A DNA stretch of 64,000 bases from an uncultured Omnitrophica bacterium (GTDB taxonomy: Bacteria > Omnitrophota > Gorgyraeia > JACQQV01): NCBI GenBank assembly GCA_947085655.1, contig CAMTXH010000013.1:23513-87512 (forward strand), written 5' to 3'. The notes beneath the pieces are model-generated. The model did not search any database, was not told the origin of the DNA, and worked only from the letters and a program-made list of their open reading frames with translations. Shown one piece after another: positions 55,674 to 64,000 of this stretch. The position numbers and the translations under genes are program-made. The first letter of the stretch is position 1. Every line of letters begins with the position of its first letter.

Positions 55674-56470
55674 CCCGCCGTCTCCTTTTGATTTTTCTGC
55701 CGGTCGTTCTGGTCAGTTTGGGTCTGGCCTGGATCATCACCCCGTTTGTTCCTTATCCTTATTTCCGCGTCTTCAACCGGTGCCTTTACGTTCTCGGATT
55801 CTTCGCGATCCTTTTTTTCCAGCGGCGGATCCGAAAAAAAAGTTTCCTGGATCTGGGTCTTGGGGGACGCGGGAAGGCCCTTTCCGATATTTCAGCCGGC
55901 GTCTTGTTGAGCCTCGTTTTCTTTACGGCCGTTACCCTTTTCAGTCTTTATGCCGGATTCAGTGAACTTCATTACCATCCTCCCCTAGCGCGAAAACTGA
56001 TGAATTATGTCCTGGGGAGTATCTTGATCGCTTTTTTTGAGGAAGTAGTCTTTCGCGGCCTCTTCCTCCAGACCCTCATGGATGATTTTTCAACCACGGT
56101 GAGCGTTCTGGTTTCAAGTGCCATCTATGTGCTGGTTCATTTTGTCCGCCCTCTCTTAACCCAACCGGAGGACCTCTCCCAGTTTCCGATGGAGTCCGCC
56201 GGTCTTTTCCTCTTCGGGCTCCTCCTCTGTTACGCCTTCCTTCGAACCGGCTCCCTCTACCTCTCCATGGGACTCCATGGGGGATTTGTCCTCTTGCTCA
56301 AGTTGGACGGCATTGTCGTAGACCGGCTGATGCACCCCCCTGTCTGGCTCTTCGGAGAAGAGCGCCTTGTGGGGGGAGTCGTGACTTGGCTTGGGCTCCT
56401 TCTGATCTTCCCCTTGATCTACTGGTTGACCCGAAAACGGCACCCAAGCAGGATTCGGGTTAGTTTCTAA
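55670..56470 (+). CDS. CPBP-family intramembrane metalloprotease (CAAX protease/Abi)
   Basis: EEVVFRGLF (motif 1), YVLVHF (motif 2), and polytopic topology. Confidence 0.75.
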   Translation: MTRRLLLIFLPVVLVSLGLAWIITPFVPYPYFRVFNRCLYVLGFFAILFFQRRIRKKSFLDLGLGGRGKALSDISAGVLLSLVFFTAVTLFSLYAGFSELHYHPPLARKLMNYVLGSILIAFFEEVVFRGLFLQTLMDDFSTTVSVLVSSAIYVLVHFVRPLLTQPEDLSQFPMESAGLFLFGLLLCYAFLRTGSLYLSMGLHGGFVLLLKLDGIVVDRLMHPPVWLFGEERLVGGVVTWLGLLLIFPLIYWLTRKRHPSRIRVSF

Positions 56471-56586
56471 CGCTCTTAAAACAAAAAAGTTGTGGACTTT
56501 TCCACAATTTTTTGCTATAATTAATCCCAATGTCGTAGACCCTGCAAACGTGTCTGTGGGGTCGAAAGTAAGGGAGGTATGGCCGA

Positions 56587-57258
56587 ATGAGCGATTTAAA
56601 CGCGTTGTTGAGGGAACCGGTGGTGGCAATGCTGACCAAGGTCTGGAGCTATGTTCCGAACCTGGTGGCAGCCATAGTCATCCTTTTGGTAGGGTGGCTT
56701 TTGGCGAAGGTGATTGCAAGCATTGTCGAGAGGGTTCTGGAGGTCGCCCGGGTGGACATGGCGGCAGAGAAGGCCGGCTTGAATGACATCCTGGCCAAGG
56801 GGGATGTGAAGAAGTCGTTTTCCGAAATCCTGGCTGCAATCGTCTATTGGCTCATTATCCTGGTGGTGATCGCAACCGCTGTGCAACCCCTCCGGCTGAC
56901 CGTAGCCGCGGATTTGATGTCCCGCTTGATTGACTATATCCCGAACATCGTCGCTGCCATCTTCGTGCTGATTTTCGGAGGGCTTCTTTCAACTTTTTCG
57001 GGAAGCATTGTGCAGACGGCGGCCGGTAATGCCAAGCTCCGTCATGCGAGGACCTTCGGACAACTGGTCCGGGTCGTTATCATGATCCTGGCGATTGTGG
57101 TCGCCCTTGAGCAGCTCGGGATCGGGCGGACCATCAGCGTCGCACTCAACATTCTCCTCTGGAGTATAGGGCTCGGATTCGCGATTGCGGTCGGGCTGGG
57201 GTGCAAGGACCTGGTGGCCAAATGGGTCAATAATTTCGTCAATAGCCTGAAGCCGTAA
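56587..57258 (+). CDS. Membrane protein made of 'conserved TM helix' repeats (MscS N-terminal-like) without a channel domain
   Basis: Three repeats of a TM helix plus a short amphipathic segment (YVPNLVAAIVILLVGW..., YIPNIVAAIFVLIFGG..., ALNILLWSIGLGFAIAVGLG). Confidence 0.55.
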   Translation: MSDLNALLREPVVAMLTKVWSYVPNLVAAIVILLVGWLLAKVIASIVERVLEVARVDMAAEKAGLNDILAKGDVKKSFSEILAAIVYWLIILVVIATAVQPLRLTVAADLMSRLIDYIPNIVAAIFVLIFGGLLSTFSGSIVQTAAGNAKLRHARTFGQLVRVVIMILAIVVALEQLGIGRTISVALNILLWSIGLGFAIAVGLGCKDLVAKWVNNFVNSLKP

Positions 57259-57389
57259 CCCCAGAAATGGCCCATTGAAGGATAGGGGGTAGGGAGGACC
57301 GGCGGAAAGACCGGTCCCCCCTTTTTTTGTCCTGTTTTTCTTGACAGACCGTCGCTGGCGTTGTATACTGAATAGTGAAGGAGGTTTTC

Positions 57390-57701
57390 ATGCCCTACGT
57401 GATTACCGAGAAATGTCTGGGTGAGCGCTATGGGGTTTGTGTGGGGGTCTGTCCGGTTGACTGCATCCACCCCGGAGAGTATAAAGGCGAAGTCTTTATG
57501 ATTATCGATCCGGAAACCTGCATCGACTGCGGGGCATGCCTTCCGGAGTGTCCCATCGAGGCGATTGTTGACTCGGCGGACAAGGACCCTGCTTACGCGA
57601 AGATCAATGCGGAATTAACTCCCACATTCAAAAACAATCCCAAAGCCGAGGAGCGGCCAAAGAACGATCCGCCTCGCAAGCCGACGAATAAACTGGTCTA
57701 A
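57390..57701 (+). CDS. fdxA: Ferredoxin, 7Fe (3Fe-4S plus 4Fe-4S) FdxA type
   Basis: PYVITEKC...CVGVCPVDCI...CIDCGACLPECP. ATG at 57390 has AAGGAGG 6 nt upstream; the ORF-track ATG at 57375 lies within the RBS. Confidence 0.85.
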   Translation: MPYVITEKCLGERYGVCVGVCPVDCIHPGEYKGEVFMIIDPETCIDCGACLPECPIEAIVDSADKDPAYAKINAELTPTFKNNPKAEERPKNDPPRKPTNKLV

Positions 57702-57726
57702 TCGGTCATTATTTTTCACAGTCTTT

Positions 57727-59190
57727 TTGGGAATTGCCCTCGGACTGTATGCCAACAGTCTCGGGGGCGATTTCATTTGGGACGATGAGTTTCTGATCCA
57801 AAAAAACCGCTTCCTGGAAGGATGGCATCAGCTTCCGGAAATCTTCCGCAGTCCCCTCCATCTCTTTTCCCCCATCCCAAGCCCTTATTACCGGCCGCTT
57901 GTGACAATCAGTTTTTTGATGGACCGGACGTTGTGGGGCGGTGCGGCGTGGGGGTTTCATTGGACCAACGTCCTCCTCCACGGGACCGCCGGTTTTCTGG
58001 TTTTCCGGCTTGCCCTTGCTTTGGGTCTCGGGGGAGGGATCTCTTTTTGGGTGGGGCTTTTTTTTCTGGTTCATCCCCTTCACACCGAGGCGGTCAGTTA
58101 CCTTTCAGGGCGGGCCGATCCCTTGGTTGCCTGTTGGCTTTTTCTGGGGTCCCTTTCGTTCCTTCGCTTCCTGACCCGTCTCTCCTGGATTAGTTATGGC
58201 GCTTCTCTCGGCTTTTTCGCACTTGCCCTCCTTTCCAAGGAGATTGCTGTCCTTTTCCCCCTTTTTCTGGCGCTTTTGTTGTGGTATAGGGGTTCCCGGG
58301 AGGTCCGTTACCTTTTTCCCTTCGCAGCCCTTTTAGTCCTTTATGGGCTCTTCCGTCTGACACTGCAGGGATTTCCTCCTTTTCCTGAAGGGGACGCTGC
58401 GTTCCTTCAGAGAGGAAAAGTCAGCATTCAGAGTCTCCTTTTATATTTGAAACTGATTTTGTTTCCGTTTCCGCTCTATATGGAGCGGCGGCTTCCCTAT
58501 GACGGCCCTTTCTGGCGGGGAGAGACGATCATGGGTGGGGTGGCGGCGATTCTTTTTTTCATCCTTTGCCTTCGCTCCGGAAGGAAAAGAACGATCCTTT
58601 TCGGATGGGGGTGGTTCGCCGTCACGGTTTTTCCGACGCTGGGTCTTTTCCTGAGAACAAACCGCGTTGCGGAACATTTTTTGTATCTTGCCCTTTTTGG
58701 AATGGCGGTGGCGGTTGTCCCGGCGGTAAGGGAAGTTTTCGGACGGAGTGCCCTTTGGGTGGGGGTGTTTTTTGTCTTTTGTTTTTCAGTCTTGACCTAC
58801 CAGCAAAACCGAATCTGGGAAACGCCGGAGCGGTTTTACCGGCATCTTTTGGCCCATAATCCAGAAAGCGTTGTCGGACTCAATAATCTGGGCACGCTTC
58901 TTCTTGAGAAAGGAAAGTATGAAGAGGCGGTTCGGATGTTTGAGGAGGGACTGCGCCAAGCTCCAAACCATCCCCGGCTTCGTCATAATCTTGCCAACGC
59001 CTATCGGATGGCCGGAAATTGGGAAAAAGCGGTTTCTCTCTTTCAGGAGGCGCTTAAATGGAATCCTGATTCGGTGGAGAGCCGCTATTTTTTGGGGAAG
59101 ACGTACGAAGCGATGGGAAGAAGGTCTCTGGCCGAAGAACAGTATCGCATGCTCGAGGAACGCGGCATCCGCGTCAAAGAGCGCCCCTGA
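57727..59190 (+). CDS. TMTC/PMT-like polytopic membrane protein with C-terminal TPR repeats
   Basis: YANSLGGDFIWDDEFLIQKN plus the SPYYRPLVTISF motif, typical of bacterial TMTC-like proteins. The C-terminal TPRs include NNLGTLLLEKGKYEEAVRMFEEGLRQAPNH. The in-frame region upstream of the TTG start still encodes hydrophobic residues with no canonical start, so the N-terminus is uncertain. Confidence 0.65.
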   Translation: MGIALGLYANSLGGDFIWDDEFLIQKNRFLEGWHQLPEIFRSPLHLFSPIPSPYYRPLVTISFLMDRTLWGGAAWGFHWTNVLLHGTAGFLVFRLALALGLGGGISFWVGLFFLVHPLHTEAVSYLSGRADPLVACWLFLGSLSFLRFLTRLSWISYGASLGFFALALLSKEIAVLFPLFLALLLWYRGSREVRYLFPFAALLVLYGLFRLTLQGFPPFPEGDAAFLQRGKVSIQSLLLYLKLILFPFPLYMERRLPYDGPFWRGETIMGGVAAILFFILCLRSGRKRTILFGWGWFAVTVFPTLGLFLRTNRVAEHFLYLALFGMAVAVVPAVREVFGRSALWVGVFFVFCFSVLTYQQNRIWETPERFYRHLLAHNPESVVGLNNLGTLLLEKGKYEEAVRMFEEGLRQAPNHPRLRHNLANAYRMAGNWEKAVSLFQEALKWNPDSVESRYFLGKTYEAMGRRSLAEEQYRMLEERGIRVKERP

Positions 59191-59547
59191 TTATTTAACC
59201 GCTTCTTTGACCCCTTCAACCGGAGCCATGACGGCATCCCGGGTTGTCTCGTAGGTGGTGGTGGCTGCCCCCTTTACCGGTTCGACCACGATTCCGACGG
59301 CTGCCTCTTTGCTTCCTGTCAAGGCCTCGCCCACATTCTCAACCTCACCGGTTCCGATGGCAACAGTCTTGGTCGTCGCTTGTGTGGCAACGCCGACCGA
59401 CTTCTCCGTTGTTTTGGCAGGAGCGCGGAAAAGTCCCCGGAAGAAACGGGTAAAGGCGTTTTCAGACTGTTCCGCCGCCTCCGCGGCCACCGTCAGCGCC
59501 AGGAAACCGACAACGACAAGCCCAATCAACCATTTGTGACGACGCAT
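59191..59547 (-). CDS. Small secreted/anchored Ala-Thr-rich hypothetical protein
   Basis: Signal peptide MRRHKWLIGLVVVGFLALTVAAEAA; low-complexity mature part. Confidence 0.45.
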   Translation of the reverse strand: MRRHKWLIGLVVVGFLALTVAAEAAEQSENAFTRFFRGLFRAPAKTTEKSVGVATQATTKTVAIGTGEVENVGEALTGSKEAAVGIVVEPVKGAATTTYETTRDAVMAPVEGVKEAVK

Positions 59548-59619
59548 TGCAATGCCTCCTTTTGGCTATTCATTCTACCACAAGTTGGCTCATTTTGTTA
59601 GAATACAATTAATTGTTCC

Positions 59620-60225
59620 ATGAAGAAAGACGCCCTTCTTTTGGTTGATGTTCAGAATGATTTCTGTCCCGGCGGGGCCCTGGCCGTTCCGGAAGGGGAC
59701 CGGGTCATCCCTGTCCTGAATCAGTATGTGGCACAATTTCAGAAAGCGGATCTTCCCATTTTTGCCTCCCGCGACTGGCATCCCGCCGTCACCAAACATT
59801 TCAAGGCCTATGGCGGACCCTGGCCGCCCCACTGCATCCAGGGAACAAAAGGGGCGGACTTTCATCCCGGACTCAAACTCCCCAAGGGTGCGGTCGTGAT
59901 TTCGAAGGGGATGGATCCTGAAAAGGACAGTTACTCCGCCTTTCACGGTTATACCGAGGGCGGAACCGATTTTGAAAAGGCGTTGAAAAAAGAAGAAATC
60001 ATCCGGATTTACATCGGCGGCCTTGCGACCGATTACTGCGTGAAGCATAGTGTGCTGGATGCTCTGAAAAAAGGCTTTGAGACTTTTTTGTTGGAAGATG
60101 CGGTCCGTGGCGTGGAGGTTCATCCGGGAGATTCGGAGAAGGCGGTCAAGGAGATGGTGGGTGCAGGGACAGGAAGGATTCGTCTTCAGGATTTAACGTT
60201 TGACCGACACAATTTAAAACGCTGA
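59620..60225 (+). CDS. pncA: Nicotinamidase/pyrazinamidase (isochorismatase family)
   Basis: ALLLVDVQNDFCPGGAL...HCIQG; catalytic Cys in the ATDYCVKHS region. Confidence 0.85.
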   Translation: MKKDALLLVDVQNDFCPGGALAVPEGDRVIPVLNQYVAQFQKADLPIFASRDWHPAVTKHFKAYGGPWPPHCIQGTKGADFHPGLKLPKGAVVISKGMDPEKDSYSAFHGYTEGGTDFEKALKKEEIIRIYIGGLATDYCVKHSVLDALKKGFETFLLEDAVRGVEVHPGDSEKAVKEMVGAGTGRIRLQDLTFDRHNLKR

Positions 60226-61188
60226 TTTGTAGAAGTTCCGGACCCAGGCATGTTTTTTTGCTTCCCGGAGTTCCTCCACCGTAAAATACCTTCCATCGGA
60301 GACCGCTGTATTTTCCTCCACATGTTCCGGGCGGCGCATGCCGGGAATCACGGCCGTCACAGCGGGGAAACTCAGGCAGAATTTGAGCGCGGCCTGCGCC
60401 ATTGTTTTGATCTCACCGCGGATTAAAAACTTCATCCCCTCCACCCGTTCGCACGTCTCCAAAAGCCGCTCACCGGCAAAATAACGGCTTCGGAAATCAT
60501 TCCGATGGAAACGGGTTCCGGGAGTCAGTTTGCCTGAGAGCCCCCCTTCATCCAGCGGCACCCGGACAATCACGGCGGTTTTTGTTTTTTGGCAGAGGGG
60601 AAAGAGTTTTTCGGCGGGGGAGTGGTCGAAGAGGTTGAAAATTACCTGGACGCTGTCCACCATCCCGCTTTCCACGATCCGAATGGCCGAGTCGGGATCA
60701 TGGTCATTGATGGAGATTCCGAAGGCGCGGATTTTTCCGGAGCGTTTCAGTTTGTCGACCCCTTTTTTCCATTCCTCTGCATCCGTCCACCGGTCCGACC
60801 AGACATGGAGTTGCTGGAGATCGATCGTATCGGTCTTTAGATTTTTTAGACTTTTTTCCGTGCATTGAAGGATCCAATCTTCGGGAAAGGACTTTTGGCA
60901 GGGGACATCCTGCGCCGGCCAGGTTTTGTTCTTGGGGGGAATCTTCGTGGCAATGAAAAGATTCTGCCTTTCTTTCTTGAAGGCCTTGGCGATCAACCGT
61001 TCACTGTGGCCCTCTCCATAGACAAGGGCGGTGTCGTAGAAATTGATGCCGCATTCGAACGCCCGTTTCAGCGCCTTCAGGGAACGGGAATCCCACGTCG
61101 GTCCCCACCACCTTTTTCCGATTCCCCAGGCGCCGTAGCCGATTTCGGAAACAGACCAACCGGTTTTTCCGAAGATTCGTTTTTGCAT
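60214..61188 (-). CDS. Aldo/keto reductase
   Basis: GKTGWSVSEIGYGAWGIG...INFYDTALVYGEGHSE; 12-nt convergent overlap with pncA. Confidence 0.85.
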   Translation of the reverse strand: MQKRIFGKTGWSVSEIGYGAWGIGKRWWGPTWDSRSLKALKRAFECGINFYDTALVYGEGHSERLIAKAFKKERQNLFIATKIPPKNKTWPAQDVPCQKSFPEDWILQCTEKSLKNLKTDTIDLQQLHVWSDRWTDAEEWKKGVDKLKRSGKIRAFGISINDHDPDSAIRIVESGMVDSVQVIFNLFDHSPAEKLFPLCQKTKTAVIVRVPLDEGGLSGKLTPGTRFHRNDFRSRYFAGERLLETCERVEGMKFLIRGEIKTMAQAALKFCLSFPAVTAVIPGMRRPEHVEENTAVSDGRYFTVEELREAKKHAWVRNFYKSAF

Positions 61189-61241
61189 AACCCCACGCTA
61201 ACAGACAGGGACAGCGAAGTCAATTCTGTTATAATTGATCC

Positions 61242-62111
61242 ATGTGGGTTGCCCTGGCACTCCTATGTGCGCTTTTCATCGGGACAGGGGATGTCCTTTC
61301 AAAATTCGCCCTCCGGAAATCGGATGAGGGAATCGTGGGACTGGGGCGGCTCCTCTTTTCCATCCCCATTTTGGCAGGGGTGGCCATGGTGAAGGAGTTT
61401 CCCACCTTTCCCCCTTCCTTCTGGCGGATCTTCCTTTTTCTGATTCCCTTTGAACTCGCTGCCTATTTACTCTATCTTCGCGCAATCCGGGTGGCTCCCC
61501 TTTCCCTCGCCGTTCCCTTTTTGACGTTCACGCCGGTCTTCACCATTGTCACTTGCTGGGTCCTTCTCGGAGAGAGGGTTTCCCGCACAGGGGCTCTCGG
61601 CATCGTGATCATTACGGCCGGGGCCTATCTTCTATATCTGGAGACGGCCGAGGAGGGATGGTTTTCTCCGATCCGCGCCATTTTCCGGGAACGGGGAAGC
61701 CGTTACATGGTCACCGCTGCTTTTCTCTACAGCATTACGTCCAATTTGGGAAAACGGGCCATTCAGCTTTCCGATCCCTATGCCTTTGCTTTTTTCTACC
61801 AACTGAGTGATTCGGTGATTCTTTGGCTTGTGATGTGGAGGGTCTTTGGGCGGCGTTCCATTGGGAGGGAGGTCCTATCTCAGTGGCGCATTTATATTCT
61901 ATTGGGATCGGTGATGGCGTGCGCTTTTCTCGTTCATTGTATCGGGATCGTTCAGGCGCCGGTTCCGTACTTCCTCGCCATCAAACGGACGAGTCTTTTA
62001 ATCGGCGTCCTTTATGGGGGATTGTTGCTGAAGGAGGAAAGACTGGCACAGCGGCTTACGGCCGCCGTCCTCATGGTGTTGGGAGTGGGACTGATTGCTT
62101 TTTTAGGGTGA
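61242..62111 (+). CDS. EamA/DMT-family transporter
   Basis: Ten TM segments with a duplicated EamA domain. Confidence 0.75.
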   Translation: MWVALALLCALFIGTGDVLSKFALRKSDEGIVGLGRLLFSIPILAGVAMVKEFPTFPPSFWRIFLFLIPFELAAYLLYLRAIRVAPLSLAVPFLTFTPVFTIVTCWVLLGERVSRTGALGIVIITAGAYLLYLETAEEGWFSPIRAIFRERGSRYMVTAAFLYSITSNLGKRAIQLSDPYAFAFFYQLSDSVILWLVMWRVFGRRSIGREVLSQWRIYILLGSVMACAFLVHCIGIVQAPVPYFLAIKRTSLLIGVLYGGLLLKEERLAQRLTAAVLMVLGVGLIAFLG

Positions 62112-62283
62112 ATCTTTCAGCAGACAGTGAATTTGTCTGCGCTGCGCCATCGCGAAGGCGAGATCTTTTGGTTTGGTCTTTCGGGAACTTCCGCCTTTCG
62201 CGCACTTCACCCGCCTGACGGCGGCTTTTTCCGTCGTCACGGCCGCGGCCGTAACCCTTTGATCGGTCATGTTAAGATCTGAA

Positions 62284-62622
62284 TCAGACCGCTTCTTCGG
62301 CGATGAAAGGGTCCTGAAGACGGCGCGAGAAGAAGCGAATTTCTACCGTCCTTTCGAGATGGTCGATATTGTAGGAAAGAGGCCCGTCGTAGTCGCCGCA
62401 GACCACCGCGCAATCAGCCTGTTTTTCTTCTAACGCGGTAAACATCTGATCAAGAGCCGAATCTTCATCATACTCCGCGGTCTCGCTTTCAAAGAAACGG
62501 AGGAGCTCCATCCGCCGCTTGCGACAGAACCGCCGGATCGCCAACCGCTGGGCCTCGAGCCACGCCGCGTTGTGGGCCGTATCGAGCGTCGGCTCCCGGC
62601 GCAGGTATCCAAAGGCTTCCAT
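62284..62622 (-). CDS. Hypothetical protein; weak resemblance to a serine-recombinase catalytic-domain layout without the nucleophilic Ser
   Basis: The call rests on a positional analogy only (FGYLRREP vs IGYARVSTxxQ; a distal D...R-rich segment). It is adjacent to an AT-rich segment. Confidence 0.35.
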   Translation of the reverse strand: MEAFGYLRREPTLDTAHNAAWLEAQRLAIRRFCRKRRMELLRFFESETAEYDEDSALDQMFTALEEKQADCAVVCGDYDGPLSYNIDHLERTVEIRFFSRRLQDPFIAEEAV

Positions 62623-62949
62623 CTGCCACCCCCCTTCGTTGATCAGGCCGCGGTGGACGGCACGGGGGTGCGCCGTCCTTACCGTGGCCGATTGAATCCG
62701 CCTTTTGATGGCGGACCCGCTAAGTACTGGCAGGAAACTTACACGACTTGCTTCTCAAGCATTAAAAGTTTAGCATGAATTTTAGGGAGTGTGTGACAAA
62801 TTAATATTTGAGAAAATGGAAAATTGGCATATTATATCTTTTTTATTTACAAATAGTTAAGTATATATGAGGGGCTTGTAAATAAAAGTTAGTAGGTGTA
62901 AAACGATGCAAAAATTTTTAAAAGTTTTTAAAATGTTTGGCGCAAAATC

Positions 62950-62978
62950 TTGCCTAATTTGACAAAGCATGTTAGAAT
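62950..62978 (+). promoter_or_regulatory. Candidate sigma70 promoter TTGCCT-17 nt-TAGAAT in an AT-rich ~240-bp intergenic region upstream of lacD
   Basis: Hexamers with a 17-nt spacer; GGAAGGAG RBS and ATG about 36 nt downstream. Confidence 0.4.
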
Positions 62979-63013
62979 ACTCCGAATCTTTCAGGGAAGG
63001 AGAACCGGCGATC

Positions 63014-64000
63014 ATGCGAATTACCGAAGGAAAATTAAGAGGACTCCAAGCGGTTTCAACCAACAAAGGAATCATTGCGGCCGCCGCCATGGACCAGCGG
63101 GGATCCCTGAAAAAATCAATTGCCAAGGAAAAGGGAGTCGATCCGAAAGAGGTGACACCGGCGATGCTTGCCGAGTTCAAGATAACCGTTTCCAGGATCC
63201 TCACCCCTTATGCGAGCGCCATTCTTCTGGATCCCGAGTACGGTCTCGAGGCGGTAAAGGTCCGGGCGAAAGGGACCGGCTGTCTTTTGGCTTATGAGTC
63301 CACCGGCTACGACCAGACACAGGAGGGCCGGATTCCCCAACTGATTCCAGGGTGGTCAGTCAAAAAGTCGATCGAGGCGGGAGCGGACTGCATTAAAATT
63401 TTGATGTACTACACCCCTTTTGAGAAGGAAGAAGTCAATCAAATCAAGCATGACATTGTCAGGCAAGTCGGCGAGGAATGCGCACGCGAGGATATCCCTT
63501 TCTTCCTTGAATTTGTCGGATACGAACCGGAAAGGGGCGATGAAAAGGGACTTGCGTTTGCGAAAAAAAAGCCCGAGGTGGTTCGGAAGAGCATGCGGGA
63601 ATTTTCCAAACCGGAATACCAAGTGGATGTGTTGAAAGTGGAAATCCCGGTGAATCTCCAGTACACCGAGGGAACGGAGGCCTCCCGAAGCAGAAAAGAA
63701 GAGGGATTCGCCTACACGCGGGAGGAGGCAAAGGCCCATTATCGCGCATGCGCCGAGGCGTCGAGCAAACCGTTTATTTATTTAAGCGCCGGGGTGAGCG
63801 ATGAGCAGTTCCGGGAGAGTCTCGCGCTTGCCATCGAAGCCAATATTCCTTTTAATGGCGTTCTTTGCGGTCGGGCCACATGGAAGGACGGCATCCCTCA
63901 TTATGCCAAAGGGGGTGTGGCCGCCTTTGAAAAGTGGCTCCGGGACCGCGGCGTCAAGAATATCCAGGCCTTGAACAAAATACTCGAGCAGGGCGCCCAG
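63014..64000 (+). CDS. lacD: Tagatose-1,6-bisphosphate aldolase (class I, LacD family); 3' end lies beyond the window
   Basis: Collinear with LacD: ALAFDQRG-like (AAAMDQRGSL), SAILLDPEYGL, LLAYESTGYD, EAGADCIKILMYY, EDIPFFLE, DVLKVEIPVN, YLSAGVS, FNGVLCGRATW. The frame is open to the window end, and this ORF is absent from the six-frame track. Confidence 0.8.
   Translation, partial: MRITEGKLRGLQAVSTNKGIIAAAAMDQRGSLKKSIAKEKGVDPKEVTPAMLAEFKITVSRILTPYASAILLDPEYGLEAVKVRAKGTGCLLAYESTGYDQTQEGRIPQLIPGWSVKKSIEAGADCIKILMYYTPFEKEEVNQIKHDIVRQVGEECAREDIPFFLEFVGYEPERGDEKGLAFAKKKPEVVRKSMREFSKPEYQVDVLKVEIPVNLQYTEGTEASRSRKEEGFAYTREEAKAHYRACAEASSKPFIYLSAGVSDEQFRESLALAIEANIPFNGVLCGRATWKDGIPHYAKGGVAAFEKWLRDRGVKNIQALNKILEQGAQ

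Noticed and set aside
62111-62284. Possible terminator hairpins between the convergent EamA gene and the 62284-62622 gene
   Set aside because: Only short imperfect stems (CAGAC-N9-GTCTG; GACGG-N9-CCGTC) without convincing U-tracts, so I did not call a terminator.
62857-63739. Several small ORFs on both strands (62857-63204 -, 62950-63297 +, 63356-63739 -)
   Set aside because: They overlap the AT-rich promoter region and the LacD-like frame (63014->), which has a clear full-length family match. These are alternative-frame artefacts.
1-64000. CRISPR arrays, rRNA, tRNA, IS elements or integrases
   Set aside because: I scanned for regularly spaced direct repeats, long conserved RNA-like GC-rich non-coding stretches and transposase/integrase motifs. 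None was recognisable by eye. The only mobile-element traces are relics: the ORF6N remnant, the efflux deletion scar and the AT-rich flanks.

Overview
The window is 64 kb of GC-rich (about 57-60% by eye) bacterial chromosomal DNA. It is densely coding, and most genes are on the + strand. Most of it is housekeeping or metabolic: a delta-9 fatty-acid desaturase, a GAF-PAS histidine kinase with a CheY-like regulator, MsrA with cupin and ferritin-like neighbours, a YegS-type lipid kinase, a sirtuin (CobB), MscS, CstA, a DUF47/PiT phosphate transporter pair, acetyl-CoA synthetase, cyclophilin, Nfu plus Mrp/ApbC, KorAB 2-oxoacid:ferredoxin oxidoreductase, a thiolase, an NSS transporter, an aminotransferase, NrtR-nadA, PncA and an aldo-keto reductase. 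I recognised no rRNA, tRNA or CRISPR array.

The region most worth follow-up is 8.3-14.8 kb. It looks like a bufferin-type RiPP operon: a YceI gene, a DUF2282 Cys-rich precursor (BufA-like), and a single ORF fusing DUF692/MbnB-like and DUF2063 domains (BufB-BufC). The trehalose genes otsA and otsB are translationally coupled inside it, followed by DoxX, an unannotated 52-aa transmembrane/Cys micro-ORF, and an ECF sigma factor with a zf-HC2 anti-sigma.

Other notable items:
- a five-gene cluster of DsrE/DsrF/TusA-like sulfur-relay proteins
- a 1497-aa secreted matrixin-like zinc metalloprotease with FG-GAP repeats, in a lower-GC segment flanked by AT-rich DNA
- a signal-peptide protein combining a ParB/Srx-like motif with a P-loop kinase
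- an efflux-operon deletion scar (TolC-like N-terminus abutting an RND C-terminus)
- an ORF6N relic whose 3' end now carries a near-consensus promoter with a perfect palindromic operator in front of nrtR-nadA
- a 22-bp-arm inverted repeat acting as a bidirectional terminator
- a LacD-like tagatose-bisphosphate aldolase open to the window edge and absent from the ORF track

Coordinates of features I called myself may be off by 1-2 nt.
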